Assembly: GCA_010015805.1 (NCBI GenBank)
Contig: ML978126.1
Span: forward strand, 1,922,001 to 1,986,000
DNA from: Rhizodiscina lignyota
Lineage: Eukaryota
Direction: 5' to 3'
DNA: 64,000 bases
Part shown: one piece after another, positions 25,286 to 38,961 of the stretch
Numbering within the stretch: position 1 is the stretch's first letter
Layout of the letters: each line of letters begins with the position of its first letter
Notes under the pieces: model-generated
What the model was told of the DNA's origin: nothing
Databases searched by the model: none
Seen by the model: only the letters and a program-made list of their open reading frames with translations
Translations under genes and position numbers: made by a program

Positions 25286-26791
25286 ATGGCGACTTTGGGA
25301 GCACATAAGAAGCACAAGGTGACCGTGGTGGGATCGGGTAACTGGTGAATGTCTTTTCTTCTGTCGCCTACGTCGCTATCTCTATTCTATTCAACTCTGG
25401 CACTTCGGGCCTAACAATGTCACCTCTCCAGGGGCTCCACAATCGCCAAAGTCATCGCCGAAAATACCACCGCGAACCCCGACCTCTTCGAAGAAGAAGT
25501 GCAAATGTGGGTCTACGAAGAAGAGGTAAAGATCCCAAAAAAATCCCGCCATTTCCACCCGGGCGTCGGCAGCCTCGACGTCCCACATAAACTCTCCGCA
25601 CTTATCAATGAGATCCACGAGAACGTCAAGTACCTCCCCGACATCTCGCTCCCGCACAACGTCGTCGCGAACCCCTCCCTTGAAGACTCCGTCAAAGACG
25701 CCACAATCCTCATCTTCAACATGCCGCACCAGTTTATCCCCAACATCGCGAAACAGATCAAGGGCAAGATCATCCCCTACGCGCGGGGCATCTCATGCAT
25801 CAAGGGCATTGAGGTCAGCGAGAAGAGGGTGAGATTGTTCAGCGAGATGCTGGGCGAGGAGCTGGGCATATACTGTGGCGCGCTTTCTGGCGCGAACGTC
25901 GCCACGGGCGTGGCAATGGAGCGGTGGTGCGGAACGACGGTGGCGTACGACCCGCCGCCGGTGGACTCGAGACAGCCCACGCCGGAGCAAACGCCAGGCC
26001 ACTCCCCGCATGGGTCGACGATTGATCTTACCATGACGGCGGTAGATGGCACCGCGAAGACGCTGAAGAGCGTGAATGGGACAAAGTATTCGAAGAGGTT
26101 GCAGCCGCTGCCGAATGATTATCCGCCGCTGAGCCATGAGAATGTGAAGAAGCTGTTCCATCGGCCGTACTTCCATGTCAGTATGGTGAGCGATGTGGTT
26201 GCTGTCTCTCTAGGTGGCGCGCTCAAGAACATCGTCGCTCTCGCCGCTGGCTTCCTCTCCGGATTGGGTTGGGATTCAAACTCTCTGGCCGAGGTCATCA
26301 GGATCGGACTGAAGGAGGAAGTCAAGTTCGGCCTGATGTTCTTCGGTGACAAGGGCGTGAAAGCACAGACGTTCTTGGAAGAGAGTTGTGGTGTTGCCGA
26401 TATTATTACCAGCTGTATTGGTGGGAGGAACTTCCGCTGCGCGAAGATCAGTGTGGAGAAGAACGTGAGTGTCCCTGCCAATTGAATACTCAGTAAAACC
26501 AACTTCAGGTGAATTGTAGATGCCGATCGATGAGGTCGAGAGGATCGAGTTGAACGGACAGAAGCTACAGGGCACGAGCACGGCGTACGAGGTGCAGAAG
26601 TTCCTCACCAGCAGGAACCAGGGGTCGGAATTCCCACTGTTCACGGCTGTCTATGGTAGGTTTCTTCATGTTCTGTCTAGTTGGAGATCCCAGATTGGAG
26701 TACATAAAGACTGATGCAGGGTATAGGCATTCTTGAAGGGAAATATAAGCCTGACCAGATTCCGGAGTTGGTGGAGCCAAAGGATCCTTGA
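25286..26791 (+). CDS. GPD1: NAD-dependent glycerol-3-phosphate dehydrogenase; 4 exons
   Basis: [63 protein letters not shown]. Confidence 0.93.
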
Positions 26792-27741
26792 GGGGACATT
26801 TTCGGGTCTTTGTAATGTTCAAGGGACATGGCCTTTCTAGTGTCCGAGGGGAGGTGGACTGGCTCTAATGGCAGTAACAGCAGCATATGCAGCACGGCTT
26901 TTTGTGGATTTTGTCGTGCGATGATACACTGCAGCACGAAGCTCACGAGGTCACGAACATGACCGCTTTTCACCAGGGATACCAGCATAGATAGTGGAGC
27001 GAGTGTGTAGCAACGAAGCCGTACGAAGTTTCGGCGTAGCAGGCATGACAGGAGCAGTCACTTGATTCAAGACGTGCATGGTCAGAAAGGCGGCAAAAGC
27101 AAGTGGTGAAGCTCAACAAGAGCTACGGGCAGCATGTGTCCCCTGCGTCGTCTAGTGTCGCGACTTTCGTTGAACGGCTCCGAGCACGAGGTGACAACGG
27201 CAGCTGCAAGTTGACGTAGTGAGCCGAGCGGAAGCGGCATCCCTGTCCATGGGCAATTGACCGCCATGCAACTTCCATGATCGTGTAAGAAGCTCGAGCT
27301 TCCCACTCCCACAACTTCCTCCACACCTTGCTTCTGCTCTCGCGACTCCCCAGATCTGGTCGCAAGATCTGAATCTCGTTCGACCCCGAGGAGATTGGAA
27401 GCTGCGGCGGGAGGGCCTGTAAACACCGCTAATAAAGAGCTGAAGGAGACGACTTTCTTTTCTTCTTCTCTCTTTTTTGCTGCATAAGCACCTTTTACTT
27501 CGCATTTCTTCCCTGTTGATAACCTGGCATTCTAAAGACCTCAAAAGCTTCTTTCGAGTCCTATACAGATTCAGCCTGCATAGATTGGCATCAGCACAGC
27601 ACGCAAATCACCAAGCTAGAGACAAAGACCAGCGCTCTTCATCATACCTACGTGCACACGCATTCAATTGTACAACTCAGCACCCAATTGATCACACTGC
27701 AGTCCAATTGACTAGTCAGACTCACCGCGAGCACCCTCATC

Positions 27742-30700
27742 ATGGCCCCGCAGAAGCAGGATGTTTACGTGCTGCCATTGACTGATGGCGGCGCTCCTGA
27801 TGTCCCCGGCACCTACATATACCTACCGCCACCTGTCCCGGGGAAGGAGTATCTCATCAGATTTCAGATTGGCGGCGCCAGTTCGATATGTCGGCATGGC
27901 AGCTTGTGGTGCAACATCCCAGCGAAGGGCGAGAAATTTGTGAGGTCGAATTATCGGGAGTTCAAGTAAGTCTCGAATTAAGCAATTGCTAATTTATTCG
28001 TCTTGGCCATTCCAGACGGCCAATTAAGGCACATTACATTTCGGGGAATAGTACAGGACAATGGCTAACGTGCATGGCACACAGACTCGTACCGGACTTC
28101 AACAAAGCGATGGAAATCGACTTTCCCATCTACCAAGCCGGCTCCTTCGGATACTACATCACCTACTCTCCCCTCCCTGAACTCTCCACCGGAGCCGTCA
28201 CAAGGCCTCCCAAGGCTACGACACCGATATACTACATTGATGTCAGCCCACACCTCACGCTGAACGGCGAGTCCATGCCTCTCGACGCTATATCAGTTTG
28301 CTCCATACTCTCCAAATTCATGGGCCGGAATCCGGAGGATTGGGATAATCACCTTCGAGGCGTTGGTCAGAGAGGCTACAACATGGTGCACTTTACGCCA
28401 CTTGCTATACGTGGAGAGTCCAACTCGCCATACTCTATTTACGACCAACTGGCATTTGACCCGGCATATTTCCCGAATGGCGAGAGCGATATCGCGGATT
28501 TGGTCGGCAGGATGGAAAAGGAGTTTGGCTTGCTTGCCATGACTGATATTGTCCTGAATCATACGGCGAACAACAGCAAGTGGCTTGAGCACCACCCAGA
28601 GGCAGGTTACAACATTCTCACTGCACCTCACTTGGAGGCTGCTTTGGAGCTGGACACCGCTCTACTCGACTTCAGCGATAAGCTGGGCGAGTATGGCCTT
28701 CCAACTGAGTTCCATTCCATAGATGACTTGCTCAAGGTCATGGGCGAAGTCAAACCGAAGGTCATGTCCAAGATAAAGATGTGGGAGTACTATGTCCTCG
28801 ACATCGAGAGGGACACCGACAAAGTTGTAAAAGCCTGGGTTGAAGGTCAAGCGAAGTTTCCCGACAACTCATTTGGCAACGTCGGCATTCGCGGTATCGA
28901 CGAGGTCCGGAACTGGTCACTTAAGCAGAAGGCGGACTGGCTGATGGACCATGCTCTCTGCGGCGCTGATCGCATGGGCGAGCGCTTCCGACGATATATC
29001 GACCCAGCTATCGGTGCGGCAATGTGCTGTGCTCTGTTTGGCCGTTACGATTCAAGAACCCACAGTGAACCAGATGAGAGAACGGCACATGGTGCCATCC
29101 TCCGCCTGCTAGAGGAGTGCAATCTTCAGTTCTACCGAGAGTACGATACAGATGTCGGCGAGATCATGGAGCAGCTATTCAACCGCACTAAATATGTCCG
29201 CATCGATGACCACGGTCCTAAGCTCGGCCCAGTCAACAAAGCGAACCCGCTCATCGAGACGTACTTCACTCGACTACCGGTGAATGAGACGACCTCTCAA
29301 CATGACCCTCGCAGCATGTCTCTTGTCAATAATGGCTGGGTCTGGGCAGCCGACGCCATGCGCGACAACGCTGGTCCAAAGTCTCGTGCCTACCTTCGCC
29401 GCGAGGTTATTGTCTGGGGCGACTGCGTCAAGCTCAGATATGGTACCAGTAGAGATGATAACCCCTGGCTGTGGGATTACGTCTCCCAATATGTGCGTCT
29501 GATGGCCAAGTACTTCTGCGCCTTCCGCATTGACAACGCGCACTCTACTCCTATTGCGCTGGCAGAATACATGCTCGACGAAGCAAGATCAGTGAGACAT
29601 AATCTGGCCGTCTTTGCCGAACTGTTCACCGGCTCAGAGGAGATGGACTTTGTCTTCTGCAAGCGCCTTGGCATCAGCTGTCTCATCCGTGAGGCAATGC
29701 AGGCGTGGAGTACTCAGGAAATGTCGCGCCTCGTTCACCGGCACGGTGGCATTCCAATCGGCAGCTTTGATGTCGATGATGTGGTCAACGCAGGCCATGA
29801 TGCTGAGATGAACGGCACGGTCAGCAATGGCGACGTCAAAAATGAAGAGATCCGGGTGATCAGACAGAGCCCTGTGCATGCACTCTTCATGGATTGCACA
29901 CACGACAATGAGGTCCCAGCTCAGAAGCGCGATGCCAGAGATACCCTGCCGAACGCTGCACTGGTTGCGATGTGCGCGTCCGCCACTGGCTCAGTTATGG
30001 GTTACGACGAGATCTACCCGAAGCTGATCGAGCTCGTGCATGAGAAGAGACTGTACACATCGCCATACTCAACAGGCGGGCCAGTGCGGATTCAAGCTGG
30101 CGAGGGTGGCATTGGCGGTATCAAGAAGATGATGAACCAGATCCACACGCTCATGGGCCAGGACGGCTACGACGAGACATTTATCCATCACGACAATGAG
30201 TACATCACCGTGCACCGAGTACACCCGCGGACTCGCAAGGGCTACTTTCTCATCGCACACACAGCTTACCCTGGTTATGGCAACGGCAATGGTGGATTCC
30301 CACCTGTCCACCTCCCAGGAACTAAGGCGAAGTTAATGGGTGCTTGGTGTCTCGAAGTCGACCAAGGCTGGGAGACGAAGCAGGCAGCGATCAATGACAA
30401 GGTCTTGAGGGGTCTTCCGAGTCGCACGAAAGAGATTCATGGCATCAACATGCAGCAGCGTGGAAATGAAACGGTCATCTCGGTGCCGGATAGCTTCCCA
30501 CCCGGCAGTATTGCCATGTTCGAGACTTGGATTCCAGGAGCTGAGCACTCGGAAGGTGTGGATAAGTTTGTTACTAGCGGTGCGAAACAGGCGTTCAAGG
30601 ACTGTGATCTGATCGACCTCAACCTCGTCTTGTACCGATGCGATCCTGAGGAGCGGGACCTCTCAAAAGGACAAGACGGCTGCTACGATGTTCCCAACTT

Positions 30701-32595
30701 CGGACCTCTTGTCTACGCTGGTCTGCAGGGCTGGTACTCTCCACTCAAGGGTATTATTCGCGAGAATAATCTCGGTCACCCACTGTGCAATCATCTGCGT
30801 GACGGACCATGGGCGATGGACTACTGTGTCGGCCGTCTTGAGCGTCTGTCTCGTTTCAAGAAGTACGCTCATCTGCGATCGGTCGTGGTCTGGATGCGCG
30901 ATCGCTTTGACGCTGTCAAGAAGATGCCGTCATTCCTGTGGCCGCGCTACTTCGCTATGATAATACAGACGTGTTACAACGCCGCTGTGGAGCGCTCGCT
31001 CCAGCTCATGAGCCAGACTGTTCGGGATGGCCAGGCGTTCCTCAAGAGCCTGAGTTTGGTGTCGACGCAGATGACTGGATACATGAACAACTGCTCTCTG
31101 TGGCCTGATAAGTCTGTTCCACTGATGTCCGCTGGTCTCCCCCATTTCTCTTCTGATTGGGCGCGGTGCTGGGGTCGTGACACTTTCATCTCTCTTCGTG
31201 GTCTGTACCTTGGTACTGGTCGATATACAGATGCGCGCGAGCACATCCTTGCGTTCGCAAGTGTGCTCAAGCATGGCATGATTCCCAATCTCCTTTCCTC
31301 AGGAAAGCTGCCCAGATACAACTCGCGAGACTCAATTTGGTTCTTCCTCCAGAACATCCAGGACTACACCAAGATCTGCCCAGACGGCCTGTCTCTTTTG
31401 CAAGAGTCCGTGAGACGGCGCTTCTTGCCATATGATGATGAATGGTTCCCGTGGGACGACAAGCGGGCGTACAGCCAGTCTAGCACGATCGAGGACATCA
31501 TACAAGAAGCACTCCAGCGCCATGCAGAGGGCATGAGCTTCCGCGAGTACAACGCCGGCCCGAACCTCGACAGCCAGATGAAATCTGAAGGCTTCCAGAT
31601 CGACATCCATCCCGACTGGGAAACTGGCATCATCTTTGGTGGCAACCAGTCCAACTGCGGTACGTGGATGGACAAGATGGGCGAGAGCGAAAAAGCGGGC
31701 AACAAAGGCGTCCCCGGCACACCGCGTGATGGCGCGGCCGTCGAGATCACCGGCATGCTCTACTCTACGCTCAAATGGGTCGACCAGCTCAACAAAGACG
31801 GCAAGTACAAGTACAGCGATGTCTCCATTGGTAATGGGAAGCGAATCACCTTCGCCGACTGGGCCGCCAAGATCAAGGCCAACTTCGAGCGCTGCTACTA
31901 CGTCCCACGCGAACCAACTGCTGATTCGCAATATGACATGAATCCCAAGGTCGTCAACCGCCGCGGCATCTACAAGGACCTGTACCGCAGCGGAAAGGAG
32001 TACGAAGACTACCAGCTGCGGCCCAACTACACGATTGCCATGTGCGTTGCGCCCGATCTGTTCGACACAGAGCATGCATACTATGCGCTGTGGATGACGG
32101 ACAAGTATCTTCGTGGACCTACGGGTATGGCCACGCTCGACCCGTCCGACTACAACTACCGTCCGAATTACATCAACAGCGATGATAGTACGGACTTCCA
32201 CACCGCGAAGGGACGGAACTATCACAATGGTCCGGAGTGGCTGTGGCCCACTGGCTTCTTCCTCCGCGCGCTGTTGAGGATGGGCTTGAGGAGGGCCAAG
32301 AGCGAGGATGAGAGGACGGAGTGCTATCAGCAGGTCACGAAGAGGCTTGCCGGATGCGTGGCGGCGATTCAGGAGAGTGCGTGGGCGGGGCTGACGGAGT
32401 TGACGAACCAGAATGGGAGCTACTGTGCTGATTCGGTATGTTCTCTACTCATCTCTTTCTGCTGACGTTCTATTCATGACGGCATGATGCTAACGTATGG
32501 GTGAATAGTCGCCGACGCAGGCTTGGTCAGCGGGCTGCTTGATTGACTTGTACCACGATGCGGCGGAGTTCCAGCAGGAGTATGGCGATGCCTAG
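27742..32595 (+). CDS. GDB1: Glycogen debranching enzyme; 3 exons
   Basis: RREVIVWGDCVKLRYG, FRIDNAHSTP, MDCTHDNE, WARCWGRDTFI, YHNGPEW, spliced C-terminal TQAWS. Introns 27966-28084 and about 32436-32508. Confidence 0.96.
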
Positions 32596-33248
32596 ACTCT
32601 CTCATCCGCGTCACTCTGTTTCTTCTCTTCTTGAAATTACTTCTTCTGACGATTCGCACGTGCAAAGGACTGCGCGTTCGATGAGCGTTCAAGCGCCCGC
32701 GCAGGCGAATGGATATTTGAGACTGCTTTGATTGTTTGATGGCAAGCACCTGGTTCTGGTAGACAAGACAGTTCTTAGAGCGGATGATTTTGCGTGGTGC
32801 TGGATTACATGAGTAGATGTACGCTGTTTGCATGACTTTGGATGGGATTACGAAGAGCGAGCAGGCGCTTATGGTACATCATAATGAACTTTTTCAATTC
32901 AACCTTCGTCTTGCATGCTTTGGCGCTATCGACGTGCTCTTGCATTCGTCCGAGCTGGTGTAACTCTATCGTCTTCGAATGAAGACGTGAACACGCTATC
33001 TTCAAGCTAAGATGCCTTGGTCTACGAGCTGCACATCCCATCTGACATGCCTATTCGACTTGACTGTCGTTTTTGTGTCCATCCCGCATCTTAGCAATGC
33101 CTGGCAACGCGACGCTGGGCATTTTTTTTCGCTGCAGGGCTCGTCTCTCGTTCTTCCCAGGAGCAGCCTCATCACATCCCCAGTAGTCCTGCATCCAGCC
33201 CAGTAGCAGCGCAATAAATCCAAATGTCCTCATCATATTCTTCTCCCC

Positions 33249-33666
33249 TCAAGCCCTCACCAACCCGTAAAACAGCGTCCACGTCAACACAAACCCCATC
33301 ATGTTCCCCACGGAATCGCCCACCCACAGATCCATCATCGGCCGGTAGAAGTACAAATTTGCTCCGTCTTTCGATCCCGTGCTTTGGCTCTCGGGCGCCA
33401 CGCGCAGCAGGTAGATGAGCGAGGACACGACGAATGTCCCGAGCAGGTAGAACGCGAAACCGGGATAGGACTCGAGGCCGAGGATGCCGGCCCCGACGCC
33501 GAATAGCGAGGCTGTTAGAGCGCGTATGTTGGAGAGGGTCTGGCAGTTATCAGTATGAGGTAGTTGACAGCTAAGAAACAAGTTGCGGAGGAGGGCGCAC
33601 TTGTGCATTGTGTCGGACGGAGTCTTGCACGATTGGGTTGATTGCTAGTTCGCGCTCGTCGATCAT
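33249..33666 (-). CDS. EMC6: ER membrane protein complex subunit 6; 2 exons
   Basis: MIDERELAINPIVQDSVRHNAQ, intron 33540-33600, TLSNIRALTASLFGVGAGILGLESYPGF...GFVLTWTLFYGLVRA. Confidence 0.9.
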
Positions 33667-34299
33667 TGTGGTAATTGTGAAAGTAAGGTGCGATAAATCG
33701 TTGGGAGACTAAAGAGTAGCTCGGAGGTGGCAGTTTGGGCGAATGGACACAGTCAAGGTGCTGTTGGAAGTGGATTTGATGTGGATCGCGGAAGACATGC
33801 GGCTCTGCGATCTCAGAAGATGGCTTGGCGGTGGAACTATGGTTCGTTCCTTGGGCGCCACAGGTGTTGAATGGCGTACCCAGTTTGGGTGGCCTGCACC
33901 GAAAGATGGGTACCCAGACCACCTAGACCCGGATGATCTTCGGTGCCTCCTGTTTACAATCGATCAACTTTCCTTCGCATTTCCCCTTCATCCTTGTCCT
34001 TTATTGTTACATCAACCTTTCCATTGTAGCGCCGGACTGCCACGGTCGTACTCTAAGTCCATGTCATGCTTGGTTTGACGATGATATTCACTTAAAATGA
34101 GCGCCCATAAGCAACACCCAAGGGTAAGATGTGTGAACACCCTAAGTTTTTCACGCATTGAATGTGTTGGGTGAATTGAGACTATCCATATGTATATCTT
34201 CTACTTCCTTCTTTCTTCTCTTTCTTCCCTTTCCATGTTCACTGCATTGGTCCTCTATCGATCGAACATTTCCATCAAGATGCGGGCGATCTCGCGCAA

Positions 34300-35247
34300 G
34301 AACTTCAAGAAGCTGTTCCAGACCGAAATATCCCTAGTTCGGCCCAAAATTCAGCCTCCCCATTGTTAAAGCTTCCTACGGAGGTATTCGACCAAATTGC
34401 GGAGGAATCGAATCCAGAGTCGACAGCACTCGCAGTTCCTTGCAAACAGACCCTCAACATCCTCAGCCCAAAAGTTTTGGACCTTCGACGGAGTCCTTGT
34501 ACAAGGTCTAAGCTGCTCAAACACATCAAAAAGACGATCCAACTGTTTCTATTGCTTCACCTACAATAAGTTACACCAAAGCAACTCGATCTTCGTATGG
34601 CGCATCAGTGACTGCGAACCACCCGAGCTTTCAAACTTACCGTGTCAAACATTTCAAAGAAACTTCACAAATGAGCCGGGTTGGAAGCTCTACGAAGATA
34701 ATATACTTGTTCGGTCCATGCATGTTCGCCTGCTCATGTTATAATACCACTACGGAACCGAGTTCAGCCTCCCTCTTGACATCTTTATATGGCAGTCGAA
34801 ACCATGTGGCCCGGGTTGCGAATGTGAGTTCTGCAGCCACCTCGGACACGACCACCCCTGGATTTGAGCTTCACGCCTCGCATTACCAACGGCCGGCTGC
34901 TCATGCAGCGCTCATTTGGGTTCTCCAGCAAAACCTAAGAAGCGATGAGGGCCAATCGTCGAGAGGCCACGAGACGCTGTTAGCGCGGTCTGGAAATTCG
35001 CCAACACGTCGACTTCACCGGTGCTGGGAATAACACTTCTGTAACAGAATATCTCACTAAAGCGATGAGCGGTGCGTATGCTGGCCATAACAATTGTCCG
35101 TGCATGAGGTGCCCATCATATCTCACCGAGTTTGCGGTCGAGATGGCATCTGACGGCTCTCGTCTACTTCTGTATGTCTGGCAAGACCTTGGCGAGGATA
35201 TGACGCCAGTGGATGAAGCGTGGGTAGCTGTGACAATGTTGCACTGA
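34300..35247 (+). pseudogene. Frameshifted F-box-domain gene remnant
   Basis: F-box-like PLLKLPTEVFDQIAEE; further fragments in other frames (YCFTYNKLH; RCPSYLTEF...VWQDLG...PVDEAW) resemble fungal F-box hypothetical proteins; no continuous ORF. Confidence 0.55.
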
Positions 35248-35665
35248 CATTTTAAGGCGAAGATAGGATTCGAAGATGCATCCGAGGCCCTGGGCGGCAT
35301 ACAAATCGTCAGGAACAGACGAAACAGGAACATCCAATAAACAACATGGTCAAGTTGTTTTGCCAAAACCTTACAGAAAATAATCCGTGAGGGGTCTTGG
35401 ATTCGAGAATAATTACTTGATGTAGAAATAATAGAAGTTGAAACAACGCCATGCCAGAGGGGTTGTTTGACCTTGACTCCCCTCTGGTTTTTATGCAATG
35501 CAAAATGCAAATAGAGGCCAACGAGCGAGGGCGAATGGGCCGAAGCCCTTGTTGCCGTCACATCCATATCGGCCCCAAGGCAGCGAAATAGATCGCCACC
35601 AAAACTGTTCTCCCAGAACGCCTTACCTTTTCCGCGCTGACCCATGCAACATAGAGAAGCCAGGA

Positions 35666-36500
35666 CTAGTGTCCATGCCCATGACCGTGTCCATGGTCTT
35701 GCTCGACTGGGAGAGCGTTTTGCTCAAGGAGCTTGAAGAGCTTGTTTGGATCTCTACAAGTGCGAACGTCTTGTTCGCCGTTGATCAAGTCGCCGGTCGG
35801 GGATGTCTCGATAGTTCCATCCGCATAGCACAGAAGGGTCTGCGTAATGGTGTCATGTTAATCACTCGCATTGGGCGGTATGGGGATGGCAGGGGAATTC
35901 TCACCTCAAAAAGATAATCCATGCAATGAGGCCAATGAATATTGTCGTGGTGGTCCAGTCCAATGTCTTTTCCATCTCTCGACTCTTGTAGAGCCTTACG
36001 TAGTGATCCAAGGCAGTGTAGTTGATGCATCCTGCGCATATATGTTAGAGTTTGCCTTCTACTTTTGCTGGCGTGCAGGGTCCAAGCCACTCCAGTGACA
36101 ATAGACAGCGTTTTCGAAAGGGCGCATACATGCTGATACCACCAACAACCTCTTTGGTTTGACCCTCCGGCACAAGCTTAACGCCTCCCCAGCCTGGAGT
36201 TAACACTTCTTCCCACACGTAGTCGTACCCGTGATCAAGGCTCATACGGTCCTCGTTTCTGCCATATTTCGAGTGGACAATCTCATCGCCGAGAGCACAT
36301 GAGCTCGCGGCGGGTTGTGACGGTGAGAGCATAGTGATCCACAAGAGTGCGAGGGTTGAGAGCAAAGTCGTTGCCGAAAGAATCAGGAGCGCGATGGTCG
36401 ACCGAGCCGGCCACCGTGATCTTGGACGAATGTATGCCTTCTCATCTCCAGAGGAGGAACCTTCTTGGCCCTCCTCTGCGAGAAGTCTGTGGTAGTCCAT
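35666..36500 (-). CDS. DUF3328 / UstYa-family oxidase; 3 exons
   Basis: N-terminal TM helix; intron 36032-36129 gives ISMMHQLHCL; second motif HWPHCMDYL; intron 35840-35904 gives TLLCYADGTIE...RTCRD...DHGHGHGHGH*. Confidence 0.9.
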
Positions 36501-36649
36501 GATGGATATCGATGGTGTTCAAGAGTAAGAGTTTCCAACTGGTGTAGCTTCCAGTATCTGACTTGAGGAAGTTCTGGTAGCGGAACGGAGTTAGATCTCA
36601 CAAATGGTGCTCGCCCCTGAGCATATATTATGATCTCGAGCGGCGTGAG

Positions 36650-38500
36650 CGGCCTATTAGATAAGGCAAAGATCGATTTTCCAGGGATATTCTTGGTAGC
36701 TGCTGTCTTTCAAGGTGGGTTGGAGACTGGCCCTAGACCTTTCAGGTTTCCCGAAATAGTAGCGCAAACAGCGTTTTCGAAAAAGGTCACTGCCACAGGT
36801 AAGATGTTTCGCCTGCAATGCTGACCCCCTGCCGCCTGAGCGATGCAGCATATTGCGTATTTTGGAACCGATATGTTTCTCTGACATCAGCTCGTCTCTT
36901 CGAAAAGGCGGGGAAGTGGAATCCGTCGTCTTCACCAAGTCCAAGTTATGTACCGCGAGGACTCGATTCTCCATAGTGTTCCATTCAGTATGCCGATTCC
37001 AGCTCAAAACAATTCTGTAGCTGTGGTACAGCTGAAGAAAAAAAACGCCAAGGTAAGCCGGCTGAATCTCGAATAGACATCCAGTAAAGGGTGCAGAAGG
37101 TGCTGATGTGTTGATCTTCGGTTCGTGTCGGATGGCACGATGCTCCTGTAGAATTCGATTTTTTCTTCTTTATTTGATAGCCCAATCAAGGGTCGGTCTC
37201 ATTTCCAATCATACATGGGAATCGTTGCCAGCGCGTGTAATTACGTACACTGCGCCTGTGCCGGTGAGATTCTTCAAGAGGTGGCCTCGTGCTGAAAATG
37301 CGCAGTCGTTCTATTTCGGTAGCAGCCCTTTTTAAGGCGACCCCACATTGGCACATTGCTTACCTGGCTTGGCTAGATCTTTCTCCCGACCTCTCATGTC
37401 CTCGAAGGTTCTAAAAGGTGTCATTTGACCGAATCAAGTCTCAGGTATTTTCCTTCGAGAGTGGTAACGCCTGCAGCATACACGCCGTTATGGTGAAAGA
37501 GGAGAATGGCATATGTATGATTTTCGTAGGTGGAGACTGGGGCAGGTTTCTCGCATTCGTGCTGCGGCAGGGTGGCATTTCCTGTGATGGTACTTTTCGC
37601 ATGTAAACTCTTTTAGGACTAAAAAGTACTCTTAACATATAGCTTTTTCAAGAGGAAAGGGGGTACTCAAGGTCTTTGATGAGGCATAAGGCAATAGAAG
37701 TTTATTATAAAAAATTGAAGAAGCGCGACAATTAGGGCGTAGCGAAGAGCTTTGAGCCAAATCTTGGCCGGAACTAACACCCTTAACCACGATTTAATTA
37801 AAGTAAGAACAGCCTAGAAGGGTGCCAAAAGCGCTATAGAATGAGATATGAAAAGTTATAGAGCAACTGTTATGAAATTATAAATTTTGGTGGAAAAGAA
37901 AGCCTTACCTTTTTTCACAAGCAATCGTACCAAACGGCACCCTACCGCAGAAAAGATCGAAAAATGACCCAAGCTCAGAAATGACTGAATGAACGATGAA
38001 GAATCCGTGCCATGTATACTCCAAGGCGGTCCACCTCCGATTCCATGGGGTCTTCGGTGGGAAAAAGACATGTCTTGAAAGTTTGAGCCCAATGTTTTTA
38101 TCACTCGAGCCCACCACCGACCCAGAGTCACTGTCAAGCGGGCTTTCATTGACAGCCGAAGTTTTTCCGAGGTTGGCGGGAGGAGCGAAATTTCAGGTGG
38201 AACAAGCCTATAAGGTCGTGAAAGGGTGATTTGAAAGAATTCAAAGATGAGGCGAGGTTGAAATAGAATTCAAGAGTAGATGTTCCCAAATCTCCAACAG
38301 GGGGGCTTGTTCGGCGACCAATTCGCGATTCTCGCACGAGATGGATTTTAGTTGACAGGAACTGCGAGTTTCTTCCGATTGGTTGAGCGGCGATTGAAGG
38401 TTAATGATCCACATCACGTCTACGACGAGCTTGAGGTTCATTGATAGCCCGGATTTTAGGCACAACAAGATGTAGATGGGTGGGCAATGGGTGGTTTGCA
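36650..38500 (-). pseudogene. Degraded unidentified gene or element with an AT/TpA-rich patch (about 37600-37900)
   Basis: Protein-like fragments broken by stops and frame changes; an intron-like GTAAGC...TAG near 37311-37363; many TpA dinucleotides locally. Confidence 0.3.
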
Positions 38501-38961
38501 AGAACGAAAGAAGAGGCGAAGTTGAAATTGAAGTTAGGAATAGTTGTTGTCAGGACCCCAATAAGGAATAGATTTGATGGTACAAAAATCGCCGCTTTGG
38601 CCGGTTCGGGAGTCTAATAACTCAACCTCCACTGATGGATACCACGTCGAAGATCCATATCACGTGTCGGGTGAATAGACACCTTATTATGACCCACCAA
38701 CAACATCTGTGCAGCTTCCTCCTGAAAAATCATGTCTTTTATCGAAGGCTCAAGTCTGGAAATATCATAACTGCCTATGTTACCCGTCGACAACAGGCTC
38801 GAGCTTGAGTGATAGCCCGAATTTTTCGGGGCTTGAGCGAGAAACTCCCGAGTCTCTCACCACCATGTGAAGTCTCAATATTCTGTCATTCAAGTGCTAA
38901 TATTGCATTTCAGTGCCTCCGCGACCATATGTACAATCACACAACATCATTGCATTACACA

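Noticed and set aside
31332..32225. 297-aa minus-strand ORF
   Set aside because: Antisense shadow of codon-biased GDB1.
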